Assembly (NCBI RefSeq): GCF_009834535.1
Contig: NC_045698.1
Span: 12,092,001 to 12,156,000 of the forward strand
Source of the DNA: Camelus ferus
Lineage: Eukaryota
Reading direction: 5' to 3'
Length of the DNA: 64,000 nucleotides
The position numbers were made by a program, and so were the translations under genes. Of this stretch, positions 36,214 through 49,228 are shown piece after piece. How positions within the stretch are numbered: position 1 is the stretch's first letter; each line of letters opens with the position of its first letter. Below the pieces are notes generated by a model. The model was given only the letters and a program-made list of their open reading frames with translations, made no database searches and was not told the DNA's origin.

Positions 36214-38924
36214 TCAGCAAGGATGATTTCAGGACATCAACTGCCAACGCCTTCCCACCGGGCTAGCAGCTACACTGCACTCAGCGGACTAGCCACCGTT
36301 CTGGTCCTGTCAGGGGAGGTCACCGAGAGGACGTGACCTCAGATTGACCTTCAGGCTGGACCAGGCAATCGGAGGATCCCTGCCCTGCCCCCTCCCCTGT
36401 CCTTGGAATGTATCTTCCGCCCACCGTTCCCACAGTGGGAAGCTGTTCCAAAGGACACAGCCGTGAGAGAGCTGTGTGTGGATGAGACCACTGGGATGGA
36501 CTATGTGACTGAACCCCGCTACCGTCTCCATATAAACTCTTTTAAGAGTCTGGCGGGCGGGCTCAGGAATCTCCTGCCTCCTCCGATGTGCCCCTGAGGA
36601 GCCTGAGCTTTGGGGCCCAAGGTGGCTTTCAGCAGGAGAGTGAAGCGGCCTGGTTTGTGTTTCAGAAAGTGCCCCTGGGTAATGGATTGCACAGAGTCTG
36701 GCAGAGACCCTGGAAGAGACGTTTTCCTTGACATTCACTAAGACCGGGGAGAGGAGGAGGAGCAGGCTCGAGACATCTTTGGAAATGCCAGTTAGGCAGG
36801 TGGGCACTGGGGTCTGCAGCTCAGACAGCAGCAAGGTTCCTGGACCAGAGCCGGATCCAGGCGGAGGAAGGGGCCTGTATGAGAACATGGCAGAGGACAA
36901 GGCCGAGTTGAGTTCAGAGGCACTGGCCAGATCATTTTGACTGCGTGGAGCAGAGAATGGGATGAGGCTTTTGGAGGAACAGATCAGACAGAGGGGAGTT
37001 TCGAGTATCACTTGCCAAGTTTAGACATAATTCTGTAAGCAATGGAGAATTCCTGAAATTTATCAGTTTCTCTTCTATTGTTGTTTGTTTATTCATTTGT
37101 TTTATACCAAGGAGGGGATAGACTCAAAATTCCAGTCTCCTGAGGTCCCAGGAATTCCAGCTGGACTTGCATCGTTGAAGCAGGACAGTGATGTGATCAT
37201 CTCTAAATCCAGGTCTCCAAATCAGGCCTTCAGTCCCGAAGGGTATTCTCTAAGCTAAAGTAAGAATTGTGGGACGCAATGGAACCACCACGAGAGTTAC
37301 ATCCCTCAGACACTCCTTCATAGTCTGTATTTGGCTTGTCACCTGTTACTAATTTTAGTTCATTAGAAATTAGGCACAGAATCTGGTGATTTTTTAGGCT
37401 GGGAGGGTGGCCCCAGGCCCTGCTAAGAACATGCAGCCAGGCTGTGTCACAGGCGTCCTCTTAGACCCATGCATGAATGGCATGCTCATGGGGACCCTTA
37501 AGCTTTATAAGACTCAAGTGCCTTCTGAGCCATCAAAGCCATTTGGAAATCATAGTTAACACAGTTCCCTGTACAGCACATTTGCTTGTAGGCCAATCCA
37601 TTGAAAACTGATGGCTCTCACTCCTGCCTCACCCCTGCCCTAACCCAGGTACCCCCCAAAATGGCTCTGAGAGCTTCCTCTGGGTGGTGAACAAGGGCCT
37701 GGCCGGGACTGAACGCCCTTCTCCTTTCTCCGAGCAGAAGATGCATTTGAACTCAGGGTCCCAGAGGCTCAGTGGCCTTCACTTCCAGCTGCCCAGTGGG
37801 CCTCAGACTCCCCAGGTGCAGCTGGATTTCCCAAACTCTCCCAGCTGCCGGGTCCAAAGTACCTACAGGCCATTTTCCCTCCCACTGATGAGGTTGCTCT
37901 TGCTCCTGCCCTCTGAGGAAGGGAGGGGGCAGAGTTGGAGGGTAAAGCCTCTTTCTCCAGGCATGTCCACCCCAGTGGGTTCCAGAGAGCACCCTGTCTC
38001 TGGCGACAGTCTTTATGAGTTAAGCTGGTTTCTTAACCTGTACTATGTGGGACTGTCTGATTCCTCTGAAGCCCTGTTGGGGAGGACAGGTGGAGATGAC
38101 AAAGAGAACCTCCCAGAACAAGAAGTCGTGTTTACAACGGCCCTGTCAACCACAGTGACCCCCAAGGCAAGAAGCGCTGGAGTAAGTTTGCTTTCCGGTC
38201 TCTCCTCCCTTCTTCCTGCCTGGAGTAACCATATGGCAGATTTGCCCACGACAGGCCTGCTCTCTGCCTGCTGTCTGGCATGGTTATTAATAGCACTTCG
38301 CTTTCTTTCTCAAGGGTGTCCGGGTTTGGATGATAAATTATATATACTCCCCTCCCATCTCCAGTCTGTCAGCAACGGCTGAGAACCTTTCCCCTCAAAT
38401 GCTCCCACGCCCATTTGTTCTCTGGTCTCAGGGCCACCTTCCCTGTCCAAGTGTCATCGGTTAGTGCGTGTCTGACTCGTAACCCTGTACCGCCTTCTCT
38501 TCCAATCCACACTGTATACGCCTCTAAAACACCGCTTTCTACGTGGAACACCCACTGAAACGCTTCCAGCGATGCCCAGTTACCTACAACCGCCAAACCA
38601 AAATCATCGTAAGCCACCTTTTAAAGTCCTGGTTCACCTTTTCCTTTATTTCTTTTTAGGCAGATGAGCTGCTGCCTAATCTGAACACTCGGCTGTAGTC
38701 AGATTAATGAGCTCTTCACGGAGTCCACACTCCAAGCAGACCCTCGCATGCATGCCTTTGCTCCCACGGTAAAAACTTTACCTGTCTTCTCAAACGCTGG
38801 CTCTCCTATCTGCTGCTCAGCCGACTCCTTCTCCATCAACCCTTCCTCAAGTGCAGGGAGCATGGCTTTCACAGCCATGAAGATCTGAATTTGATGGTAG
38901 ATCCCAGTGTCCAGGCACTAACCA

Positions 38925-39039
38925 CTGTGTTTCGTTGATCCTAAGACACACATGGGTTTTTTTTCCCCCAACATTTTAACATACCTGGGAATGAAATGTA
39001 CCTTGAAATCTATGGCATCTTAAAGTCAATAGAATATAG
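38925..39039. mobile_element. MER104-like (TcMar-Tc2) MITE, within a MIR
   Basis: 'ctgtgtttcgttgatcctaagacacac..ttttaacat' ... 'gcatcttaaagtcaatagaatatag|ta', degenerate terminal inverted repeats. Confidence 0.6.
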
Positions 39040-39914
39040 TAGCTCTCTGGCTTTGTGTTATAACAGAGACTCTCTGAGACCTTGTTTCCTCACCTTTTAA
39101 AACAGGAATAATGTCTGAGTCTCAAGACTGCTGTGGGAATTCCTTGAGATAACTATACTCGAGACCCAGGGGGAAATACATCCATGGGAATCTGGGTTCT
39201 GTGCCCAGCCATTTTGTAATCACTGCCCAGGATGTCACGGAAAGACATCTACCATGTGGAAAATTTGTTGCAACAGATACCAAAGTTTGTGTACTAATAG
39301 AATTTCGCAGAATCCTCTGCACTGTGCAGAGTCAGAGAAACCAGTCTCACCCACAGGGGTAGCTTAACCATAGCGCTCCACTGAGAATTCTGTTTAGAGG
39401 AAATCAAGGGAACATTTCTCCAGGGGTGATGGGTCAAGCAGCTTTTAGTTGGAAACATGTCATCTGTGTGAAGAAAACTACAAAAGCAAATTTGTCCTCA
39501 ATTTATTCCTAAGGAGAAAATCTTCAAAAGCTGATTTTATGTTAAAAAAAAATCCACAGGTAGGGAAGTATTGGATTCCAGGTGGATGTCTTGATATTGT
39601 TCATTTGGATAATTGCCCTCCCTTGTGAGAGGTCCTCTCCTTTCTGTATAAAAGTTTGCCCACAGCAAGAAGCCTGGCAGCCGGCCACCCTGGGACACTG
39701 GCAAAGGTACCTCTGTGTCCTTTGGCCGCCACATCAGGTGAGAAAGCCCAGCCTTCATGGAAGATCCCCAAACCCGGACCATCAAGGGTTGTGGTGCAGG
39801 ATCTGAGTTGGAGCCGTCAGCAGGTATGAGGTCGTGATCTGATATTCCAGCTCTGCCCACAGAAAGAACCTGAATCAATGATACCCCAGGCAGTGAGCTC
39901 ACTTAGGGACCAGG

Positions 39915-41232
39915 TGTTGGTTTCTAACTTTCCTACCAAAGAGAACCAGGGCCTCTAAGAGAACTGGCTGGTACTAGGTCTGAGTTAGGAACGTGTTATG
40001 TACCAGAAAGCAAAGACATGTTCAAAGGCAATTTAATGGTTCATATAAAAAGGACAGAGAAGGGATCCCAGCGACCAAATCTGGGAAACTTTGAGGCTGA
40101 AAAAGAATAATCCTGGCAAATGATGATAACATATTGAATTTTTAAAAAATCATGACTTGGGGGAGGATATAGCTCAAGTGGTAGAGCACATGCTTAGCAT
40201 ATACAAGGTCCTGGGTTCAATTCCCAGCACCTCTTCTAAAAATAAAACAAATAAGTAAACCTAATTACCCCCCCCAAAAAAAACCCCAAACAAAACAGAA
40301 CAGAAACAATCATGACTCCATAATGATTCAAAAGAGAGAGAGGAAATGCTCTGCTTTACAAAAGATGATAAGCAAATACGTGTAGACTATAGATTTAGAA
40401 AAGCACCCTTTAGTTAACTCTCAATGGAATAGTCCATTCAGGCAATGATCATCAATCAGTAATACAAACCACTCAGTAAAAAAGAGAGTGTATACACAAT
40501 CTCAACAAAGGTGAGATTTTTTTTTAACCACAAAGGTGAAAGTGTGTCTTTGCACAGGAGAGGTCTGCCAGCCTCCACCTTATCTGCACCTCATCATACT
40601 CGGTAGCGCCCGTGATGAGACAATCTGACCTTAGGAGCCCAGGATCTCCTGCTGTGGGAGGGACACAACAAACTTGCGGGAAATACTTGGTCTGAGTCAC
40701 AGTCCGATAAAACAGTCAGAGGAATCTGGAATATAAGACTTTTGCAGGTCAACTGGCTTGGATCTTCAAACTGATACCAAGAACAGAGGAAGAGCTGGAG
40801 GAGAATAGAGATAAAACAGCCAAGTCAGTGTGTGAGACTTGATTGGATTCTGGGTCAAAAAAATAGCTACCAAGGACATTCGGAGGGAAGAGTAGGGAAA
40901 TTTGAGTCCACACTGTATACTAGATAGTTTTATTGAATTAGTTGTGCTTTTCTCAGGTGTGATAATGGTGTTGTGGTTGTGAAAGAGAATATCTTCCTTC
41001 TAAGTGGTGCAGATGCAACACCTAGGGAGGGGAAATGCCGGGACTGGCAGCCGTCTGCTTTCAGCCAAAAGGAAGCGTGTGTGTATATACAGATATATAA
41101 ATACAGAGAGAGAGAGGAAATGGGTGTGGCAAGATGTCGGTGAATCTACGTGGGGGTGTCTGGGTATTCATTGTATTGTTCTTTCAACTTTCCTGTGGGT
41201 TTGAAAAATTTCAAAACCAAAAAAAAAAAAAA
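39915..41232 (+). mobile_element. Old L1MC-type 3' region, interrupted by a SINE
   Basis: 'aaagagaaccagggcctc', 'aggtgtgataatggtgttgtggtt', 'ttcattgtattgttctttcaactttcctgtgggtttgaaaaatttc' plus poly-A. Confidence 0.7.
40158..40307 (+). mobile_element. tRNA-derived SINE, Vic-1-like (camelid), with TSD
   Basis: GGGGGAGGATATAGCTCAAGTGGTAGAGCACATGCTTAGCAT..GGTCCTGGGTTCAATTCCCAGCACCTC + AAATAA..CCTAATTACCCCCCC + A-tail; TSD aatcatgact at 40148-40157 and 40308-40317. Confidence 0.92.
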
Positions 41233-41977
41233 TGTTTTTTAGAAGACTGTATGAGAGAATAGGAAGTAGAGACAATTTTTATAATTTTTTTTTTAAACAC
41301 AGATCCCTTCTATTTCCTCTTGCTCAAGACTGTGACCTTTGGTGATTTCTCCTTTCCAAGAAGTCTTGCTTGACTTAAAATCATTGTGACAACACAGCAT
41401 GGGAATCTGACGATGTCGGAAATGTCATAGCAACAGGACATGAGATACTTCTATTTTCTCCAGAGAACTGTAGCTTGTCTCTCAGATTTAGTCGTCTTCT
41501 ATCGAACATCAGCTATGTACAAGATCCTATAAGATGTACCAAAAGTGATACAAAGACGAAGGTTCTGCCTTGAAGAGCTAACACATAAACAGGGACTCAT
41601 CATGTGTTGAGTGGTTATTATGAGCTAAACAAAAGACTAGGATTAGGGACCTAATTATGAATAAGACACAGTCCCTGCCATCAAAGGGCCCCTTGTCTTT
41701 TGAGAAGTACAGACACATACATTAATGTCAATACAATGAGACAAGATTTATGAAAAGATCTTTATCCTTGTCTAAAAATTAGGACCAAACATCCAGGGAC
41801 AGCCTCAGAACAAAGAGTACCTCTGAGCTAGGACTTGAAGAGGAGGTCAGGAAGTTTTCAAGACACATGGGTAGGCATTCCAGGCAGATGGAACAAAATA
41901 CACGAAAGCATGAAAGTATGAGGTGAGCAGACATGTTTGGGGATCCACAGGTAGTCAAATGCAGCTAGAATTTGGGG

Positions 41978-42152
41978 TATTTACAGAGGCCCACCCAAAT
42001 TATGGAGGGTACTCTGTTCTACTCAAAGTCTACTGACTTAAATGTGAATCACCTCTAAAAAATAACCACACAGCAGCATCCAGACTGGTGTTTGACCAAA
42101 CAACTGGGCGCCATAGTCTGGCCAAGTTGATGCATAAAATTAATCATCGTCA
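41978..42152. mobile_element. MLT2 (ERVL) LTR terminal fragment
   Basis: 'aggcccacccaaattatggagggta..ctactcaaagtctactgacttaaatgt..gtgtttgaccaaacaactggg..gccaagttgatgcataaaattaatcatc'. Confidence 0.75.
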
Positions 42153-42521
42153 CAGCCCCTTCAAAGATTGGTTATATTTTTGTGCCATTACTAAAACATG
42201 GAATATAGGAGAAAGGTTGGGGACAAATTTGGGATGAAGAAAATGTTAAATTTCAGGTTGGTCAAGTTGAGTGGTCAATTGCAAAAGACCCTCGGGGACA
42301 GAGCTTTCTAATGGGCCAAATTTAGAGACTTTAGTGGAAGCCACAGGACCAGTTGAGACTCATGAGAGACTGTTCATTTACTCAACAACAAATGTCTTCT
42401 GGGTGCCTTGGGCCATGATGTACCCAAGGTGAAGTTCCTATTCTCACAGAGCTTAAATTTTAGCAGGGTTGGCAGGCAATGAGCAAATATTCAGATAGAA
42501 ATATAATTTCAAATAGTGATA

Positions 42522-42960
42522 TGTATAATTTATTGCTGCATAACAAACCATCCCCACACTCGGTGTCTGAAAACAACTTTTATTTGCTCATGATTCCATG
42601 GGTTGGCAGTTGGGGAGAGCCCAGCGGGAGTGGCATGTCTCAGACCCATGCCATGGTGTTGCTGGGTTCACATAGGCATTTGCCACCAACTGGCAGATGC
42701 TGGATGGCAGCTGGCTGGGGCTGTCAGCTGATGTCATCAGTTGTCCCTGGGGTGACCTCTCCAGCAGGCTAGTTCAGGCTCATCACTTGGCAGCTAGGGT
42801 TCCATGAAGGCAAACCCCACAATGTGCAAGCACTTAGCAGGCCTCTGCTTGGGTCCACCCTTTCTTATGTCCCCATGGCCAAGGCAAATCATGTGGCTAA
42901 ATCTGGAGTTGTCACGAGAGGGGACAACAGAGGAGCATGGAATTTATTAGGGACGGATCA
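42522..42960. mobile_element. MLT1 (MaLR) LTR
   Basis: 'attgctgcataacaaaccatcccc..acaacttttatttgctcatgattc..ggccaaggcaaatcatgtggc'. Confidence 0.65.
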
Positions 42961-43046
42961 TTGGCATAACAATCCAACATGTGCTAAGTGCAATGAAGAA
43001 AATCAGAGCAGGGTAAAAAGAGAATTAATTTAGAAGAGAGGGCTTT

Positions 43047-43227
43047 GATAAACAAGGACCTACTGTGCAGCACAGGGGACTATATTCAATTTCTTGTAAT
43101 AACATATAATGGAAAAGAATCTGAAATACATATATGCATGTGTATAACTGGATTGCTTTGCTATACTGAAACTAACATTGCAAATCAACTACACTTCAAT
43201 AAAAAATAAAGTTAAATTTTAAAAAAA
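43047..43227 (+). mobile_element. L1 3'-end fragment
   Basis: 'gataaacaaggacctactgtgcagcacagggg..tacacttcaataaaaaa'; degenerate TSD ending gggcttt at 43032-43046 and 43227-43241. Confidence 0.88.
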
Positions 43228-43739
43228 GGAGAGGGGGCTTTACTGGACAGGGTGGTCAGCGGAGGGACTTTTGAGTGGAGACATAAATGAAGTAAGATAG
43301 CCAGTCATGTGACGTTCTGGAGGCAGGAGCATGCCGGGTGGAGGGGACAGCATGTGGGAAAATCATGCAACTAGACCCAGCTCGAAGAAGGAGGTTAAAA
43401 CAAAGAGAACAGAGTGAGCCCGGGTGATTCACAATTATTAGTCACTGCTAACAAGCCAAGTTTTGCTTCCTCACAGATTTCTGGCCATGCTCTGAATTAT
43501 TGAGTTTGCCAAATAAGAATCAAATGGATAATTCATTATTATAATCTCACTTATTAAGCTTTAATTATATAACTCTCTTTGAAAAAAATAAATTCTTTCC
43601 TAAATATCCTGTGCCTCTTCAGACATATAGTTACACATTCTGATTTGTGTTCACTTGAAATTAGTGCAAAAAGCAGGATTCCAAGGAAGAATGAATGTAG
43701 AATCACAGAACATGCATTGAGGCCAAGCTGTTCTGACCT

Positions 43740-44640
43740 GGCAATGAGCCCACATCTGGCACGGCAGCTGCAACTGGGACTACGCTTGGTTGACTTGGCC
43801 GTAGTCACTGGATGTGTCTGGTTTTTGCAGGGTCCAGACTTGTGCATTAAAAGGCAACATGATGGGGGCCTCACCCTGCATCCTCTTGTTCTTTAGGGAT
43901 GACACTAATTTCTGCCTCCCCTCCCCTGGCCCCAGGGCACCATGTCAGTTTTGATTCGCTCTCTTGGCCATGGAGGAGATTCATTTCAGAGCATTCTCCC
44001 AGGCCCTCTGCACTATGGTAGCCTGACCTTAAGCCAAGGAACCAATGTGAGGTTGTGCCACCACCAAGCATGTCAATTTCCATTGTACATTTGGGGTCTA
44101 GGGAAATGACCACCCGCTGGAGCCACAGACACGGTGGACATACTGCAGGGTGGATCTGGACCAGGTCTCCACTTATTCCCCTGCTCTAACAGAGGCCTGG
44201 GATGATGACTAGTGTCCCTGGGTATTCACGTCGACTAAGACCTTGTCCAGTAGTCATCAGAGTGCTTGGGGAATCTTCAGCGTGCAGTTTCTCACGAAGG
44301 TCCCTATGGGGAAGGACTGGGAGACCCAGGACCGCATACACTTGTGTGGTGTTGCATGCAAGATTCTGCCTTCTGGGCACAGTCTTTTCTTTAGTCAGTG
44401 GGCCTGGTCCAAACACTGGCTCAGATCTGGAAACTGGGCAAGGGGTTGTGACTTTTCACTGGGGTGGTGGCCCCTTAGTTTTCTGATCATTCATCCTTGA
44501 CTTCCTCTGATTGTCCAGGTTGAGCAATCTCTTGTTGGCTACCCTCCTGTTTTGCGTCTGGGGTGAAGTAACTCATAGGATTTTGAGTTAAGTCCCTTGA
44601 GTGTTCCTTTTTGGCTAGGGGAAGAGTTTTCTGTATTTGG
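43740..44640 (-). mobile_element. Degenerate ERVL (class III) internal fragment: gag end, protease, RT start
   Basis: Minus-strand VVISLDPKCTMEIDML ~ ERVL PVVISPVPECIIGIDIL; AEISVIPKEQEDAG ~ AEISATIKDLKDAG; 'ttgcagctgccgtgccagatgtgg' ~ IAAAVPDV; 'ttccagatctgagccag' upstream; frameshifted. Confidence 0.75.
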
Positions 44641-45588
44641 GAGAAAGAGTCTTCATGAATAGTTCTTGTCCAGCAGGGCAGAGTGACAAAACAGCTAGCT
44701 GTCCACCAAAGCTTCACTCTCTCCTTACATAACAAAGAGTTGTTACTGAAAAGCCTGGAACTACATTTCTGGGCATCGCTTGCACATAAGCAACGCTAGG
44801 TGAGTAGATCTGGCTAGAGGATTGCAAGCAGAAGTGACATCACTTCTAGGCTAGGGAGGAGAAAAGATTACATCCTTGTCCTCAGGTGACCTTGGAAGGT
44901 ACATGTGGAAGGCGGAGCCTCCACCAGCCTGGGCCTCCCCATAACCACAGAATCAGAACCACCAGCCTCCCCACATTACACCCCTGCTGGACTGTTATGT
45001 AAGCGAGAAGTCATCTTTAGGGGTGTTAGGCAGTTGAAATGTCATTTGTTTGCTAAAGCAGCCAGAATTACCCAAATATATGCCCTCTATAAATTCTACA
45101 TCACATCTACATTAAAGAAAATCGTTTCTGCCTGAAAGGATTTTTACCAGATTTGAAGGTATGTTTGTGATGGTCTGACTCAGAGCACAGATTATGTGAC
45201 ATGTGTCCAATTCACTCTGAGAGGCCCGGGACGTTTTGCAGAGCTGGGTGGTTGCTCTTCATCAGGACTGGACATGCAGTATAATAAAACGCGATGTTAA
45301 CACAGCCAGCACATACACGTTTTCTCTGTCCTCAATTTCTTAGTATAAGCGGTCATTTAAAATTCAGGTCCCTGTGCTGTGTCCCTCTCATGGACCTCCT
45401 CAGGTGCCCTGGCCAGCACCCTCCCTACCCCCGGCCCAGGGTTCTCGGTGGCTTGTTTCACGTCAGCATCAAGCTGACGGGCCCCCCTGCAACCCCACAG
45501 TTTTCTGCCCCTTGACACTTACCTGTATCTAGCCTCTCTGCATCCTCCTGCCACAGATTTAGAGGAAGTGCTCCCCCTACAGGGCGTG

Positions 45589-46050
45589 AGTATTAGTTTC
45601 CTATTGCTGCTGTAACAAGTTACCACAAACTCGGTTGTTTAGAACCACGTACGTTTATTTTTTTTTTTTTACAGTTCTGGATGTCAGATGTCTGCAGTGA
45701 GGCTCCCAGGGCTATGAATAAGGGGTCAGCAGGGCTGTTTCCTTCTGAGGACTCCAAGGGAGGATCCACTCCAGGCCTCTCCCAGCCTCTAGCGGCAGCC
45801 GGCATTCCTTGGCTTGGCTTGTGGTCCCTTCTTGGCATCAGTCCAGCCTCTTGCTTCCTTCCCATCTCCTCCTGCTGACTCAGATCTCCCTCCTCCTCAT
45901 AAGGACACGCGATTACATTGGCCCACACGGATAGCCCAGAATAATCTCAAAATCCTCATTTTCATCACACCTGCCAACTCTTTTGCCATACAAGGTAACA
46001 CACACAGGTCCTGGAGATTAGGATGGGGACATCCTGGGGGCTGTCACTTT
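45589..46050. mobile_element. MLT1 (MaLR) LTR
   Basis: 'tattagtttcctattgctgctgtaacaagttaccacaaact..acagttctgga..aaggacac..gattacattggcccac..ataatctc..ggagattagga'. Confidence 0.85.
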
Positions 46051-47870
46051 GGGGGACATGGCTCCCTACATGGTTTTTAAAGGCACCAGATGACCTGGAA
46101 AGGTGAGGGAGCTGACTCCTGACCTGGGGAAATTCAACCAACTGGAACCAGGAGGCAGGACCTAACCAGAAAGAGAATTTTCTTTTCTTTCCTCTCCCTG
46201 GAGGAGGGCTATGAGGCAGAATTTCCCCCAGAGACCCTGGGCAGAGACATCCCACATGGCCACAGAGAGGTTCCCGCTGAGTACCCGGCTGGGTCTCTCG
46301 GTGGCTCATAGCTGCCAGCACGGTGATACGGTACTTTGCCTTGTTTCCGGTCCTTCTCTGCCTCACTCCCTTATCCCTGCTGCCCCAGGACTGCACTTCC
46401 CAAAGCATCAACAAGTAACCTCTGCCTTGAGCTCTGTTCTCTGGGGAATCTCAGCTGGGATGGCTCCCAAACTGAAAGTCACCATTTCTTCTGCATTTAT
46501 TTAAGAAATAATTACTGAGTACCTACTATGCTCAGACACGGTTCTAGTCACCAGAGTGACAGTAATACACATGAAAAGATGGCTGCTCTCAGTCAGAGCT
46601 TCCATTCTAACTGGAGAAGACGTACAATAAACAAATAAGAAAATATCATTTAGTGGCAAGCGCTATTTAAAACATGCTGGTGCCATAAAGACTGGCTATT
46701 TTATACCCAGTGGTGAGGAAAAGCCTCTCTAGGGAGGTGACATTTAAGCCGAGATCTGAATGACCAAGAGTCATTTGTGCAGAATCAGAGGAAGGAGAGG
46801 TGCCCTGAATGGCAGATACCAATTTGCCACCTCACATGGAGGATTCTGGGCACCAGGCTCTGGTTGAAGAACAGCAGAAATTTATTTCTAAAAAATTCAT
46901 GATTTTACCAAGCAACAGAAGGACAGACGGTTTAAAATACAACATAAACATTTCAAGCAGAGGCTCTCTACTAACCAATAAGTGAGACTTTCTCTTTGTC
47001 ATGAAGGGATGTATTTTATTTCAGAAATTATTTTTTTTTTTTGCACTAAGCATCATTTAAGAGGAAGGACCATGAAATGAGAAGTGATGAGACTAGCTTC
47101 CTTGCCTGTGTAATAAATTGAGTTATAAACCCATTTCCTTCTGTCTCTGACATTTTTGTTTCTAGGATTAGCTGGTGGACGTTCGGTGCCTTAGGCATCT
47201 CTCTCCAGCACGGGGGCTGTTGGGCTCCAAAACCTCGTGTCTCAAGAATTAAGCAAAAGCTTGCGGCGTCCCTTTTCATGACTTGGCTTTGGGAGCTGAA
47301 CAGTATCCCCTCGGTCACACTCTACTTGTTAAGAGGAGGGGAGAATCAGATGCCATCTTCTCATGGGAAGGTCATCAGTGAATCTGTGGATTTGTTTAAA
47401 GCCACCAGAATAGGTCCCCTGGCCAAAATCATTGACATTTCTCCTTCCTGCATTTCTGAACTCCAGCTGAGAAGTGGTACCAGTTCTAAGATTAGGACTC
47501 AGTTCTACTAACTGGGAATCATTCTCCACAGGTTCTTGGATCTATCTTCAGAGTCCTCCCTCGTTCACAAATAGCCTCCCACTTCCCTGTTTTGAATTAG
47601 TGTCTACAGCAGTTATCTTATGCCAGTACCATTATTGTCCGTGGAGAACAGAAGACTTGTTCCTTTCGTACATACATCCTCCAATCAACAAGAATTTAAT
47701 CAATGAGCTGTATTTCAGGCACTCCACCCAAGGAACCTCATTTACCCCAGAGCCTGATTTAGATGATAAGATCCTGGGCCTCCAGCCTGAACCTGATGCC
47801 TCAATAGATAAGACTTTGGTCATGAAGGGTGGTTTAAAGCTAGCAGCCGGGATGGTCCATGTGGGGCTTG

Positions 47871-47916
47871 CCCATCTCTGTGTGGCTTCCTTACCCATCT
47901 CTGTGTGGCTTCCTTA
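47871..47916. repeat. Perfect 23-bp tandem duplication
   Basis: cccatctctgtgtggcttcctta x2. Confidence 0.9.
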
Positions 47917-48159
47917 CCCCATCTTTTTAGCCTGGCAGCTTCAGGTTAGGGGGATTTCTTTCACGTCAGCTCAGAGTGCCTAAGATGTGTGTCCCAAGAG
48001 AAAGAGCAGGCAGAGCTGACCTGGCCTTGTAAGCCAGGCAGGATCACTTCTGCCACATTCTGTTCATTACAGGTGGAGTCACTATGGCTGGTCCTTATTC
48101 GCAGGAATGAGACTCCACCTTTTTATAGGACGATGAGCAAGAAGTTGCTGCATATTTTA

Positions 48160-48717
48160 TTATTTTCTTATTGCACTACAGTCAGTTACAATGTGTCAAT
48201 TTCTGGTGTGCAGCTTAATGTTTCAGTCATACACATACATATATTTGTTTTCATATTCTTTTTCATTGTGGGTTACAAGATACTGAATAGTTTCCTGTGC
48301 TATACAGAAGAAATTTGTTTTTTTAAGCTATTTTATATATAATTGTTAATATTAGCAATTCTCGAACTCCCAATTTATCCCCTCCCACTCCCTTTCCCTC
48401 TGGTAACCATAGGTTTACCATGTCTGTAAGGCTGTTTCTGTTTTATAGATAAGTTCATTAGTGTCTTTTCTCTTTTTAAGATTCCACACATAAGTGATAT
48501 ATGGTATTTTTCTCTTTCTGGCTTACTTCACTTAGAATGACGATCTCCAAGTCCAACCATGTTGCTGCAAATGGCATTCTTTTATTCTTTTTTATGACTG
48601 AGTAGTATTCCACTGTATAAATATACCACAGTTTTTTTATCCAGTCATCTGTAGGTGGACATTTAGATTGTTTCCACGTCCTGGCTTCTGTATATAGTGC
48701 TGCTATGAACGTTGGGG
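48160..48717 (-). mobile_element. L1 3'-end fragment with 21-bp TSD
   Basis: Antisense ORF2 end (FIAALYTEARTWKQSKCP) plus 3'UTR; TSD aagaagttgctg(ca/tg)tatttta at 48139-48159 and 48718-48738. Confidence 0.95.
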
Positions 48718-49228
48718 AAGAAGTTGCTGTGTATTTTAAAACTACCAAACACCCTAAGCTGCAAGAGAGGCTAGAAAATATATTGTGTAGCTCAGCATCC
48801 ACTGCAGCTAAAACTTAGGGGAATTTTATTGCTAAAAGATAAAAGGAGAGAATGGACAGATTATCAGGGGGATGTTTAGCAGTCCCTGCAACAGGCAGCT
48901 TTGCAGAGGAATTAAGATCTGAAGCAGGTGGTCATGGATGAAGAAAACATGAACAGGGAGAAAGGCCATGTCAGGCAAGAGAAGAGCATGAGCAGACACA
49001 CAGAAAGGATGATACGGGCATATGTATTTACATTTAGAATGCACTTCTAGTTACAGGAAGCGGTGGTGGGATGGGGGTAAACTATGCCACATGGAATGGA
49101 TTTGGCCATAAAATATTGAGGAAGTATTTGGGTTTTAGTATAGCTTTGTTGTAAGTGCAAGATTCCAGAGTTAGATGAACCTGGATTAGAATTCTCTGTC
49201 CATTGTCATTTTGTGCTTTTTCAGCCAG

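Noticed and set aside
36403..36597. VPKDTAVRE motif reminiscent of RPS26 (VPKDKAIKK), as a possible retrocopy
   Set aside because: Similarity limited to a few residues, no poly-A or TSD; the surroundings look more like an old LTR that I cannot assign
37684..38382. 232-aa intergenic ORF (also 36310-37011, 233 aa)
   Set aside because: Non-ATG start, no domain recognised; the second overlaps L2/LTR-like sequence
40159..40235. tRNA gene
   Set aside because: A/B boxes are present, but an AT-rich/C-run/A tail and TSD follow, so it is a SINE
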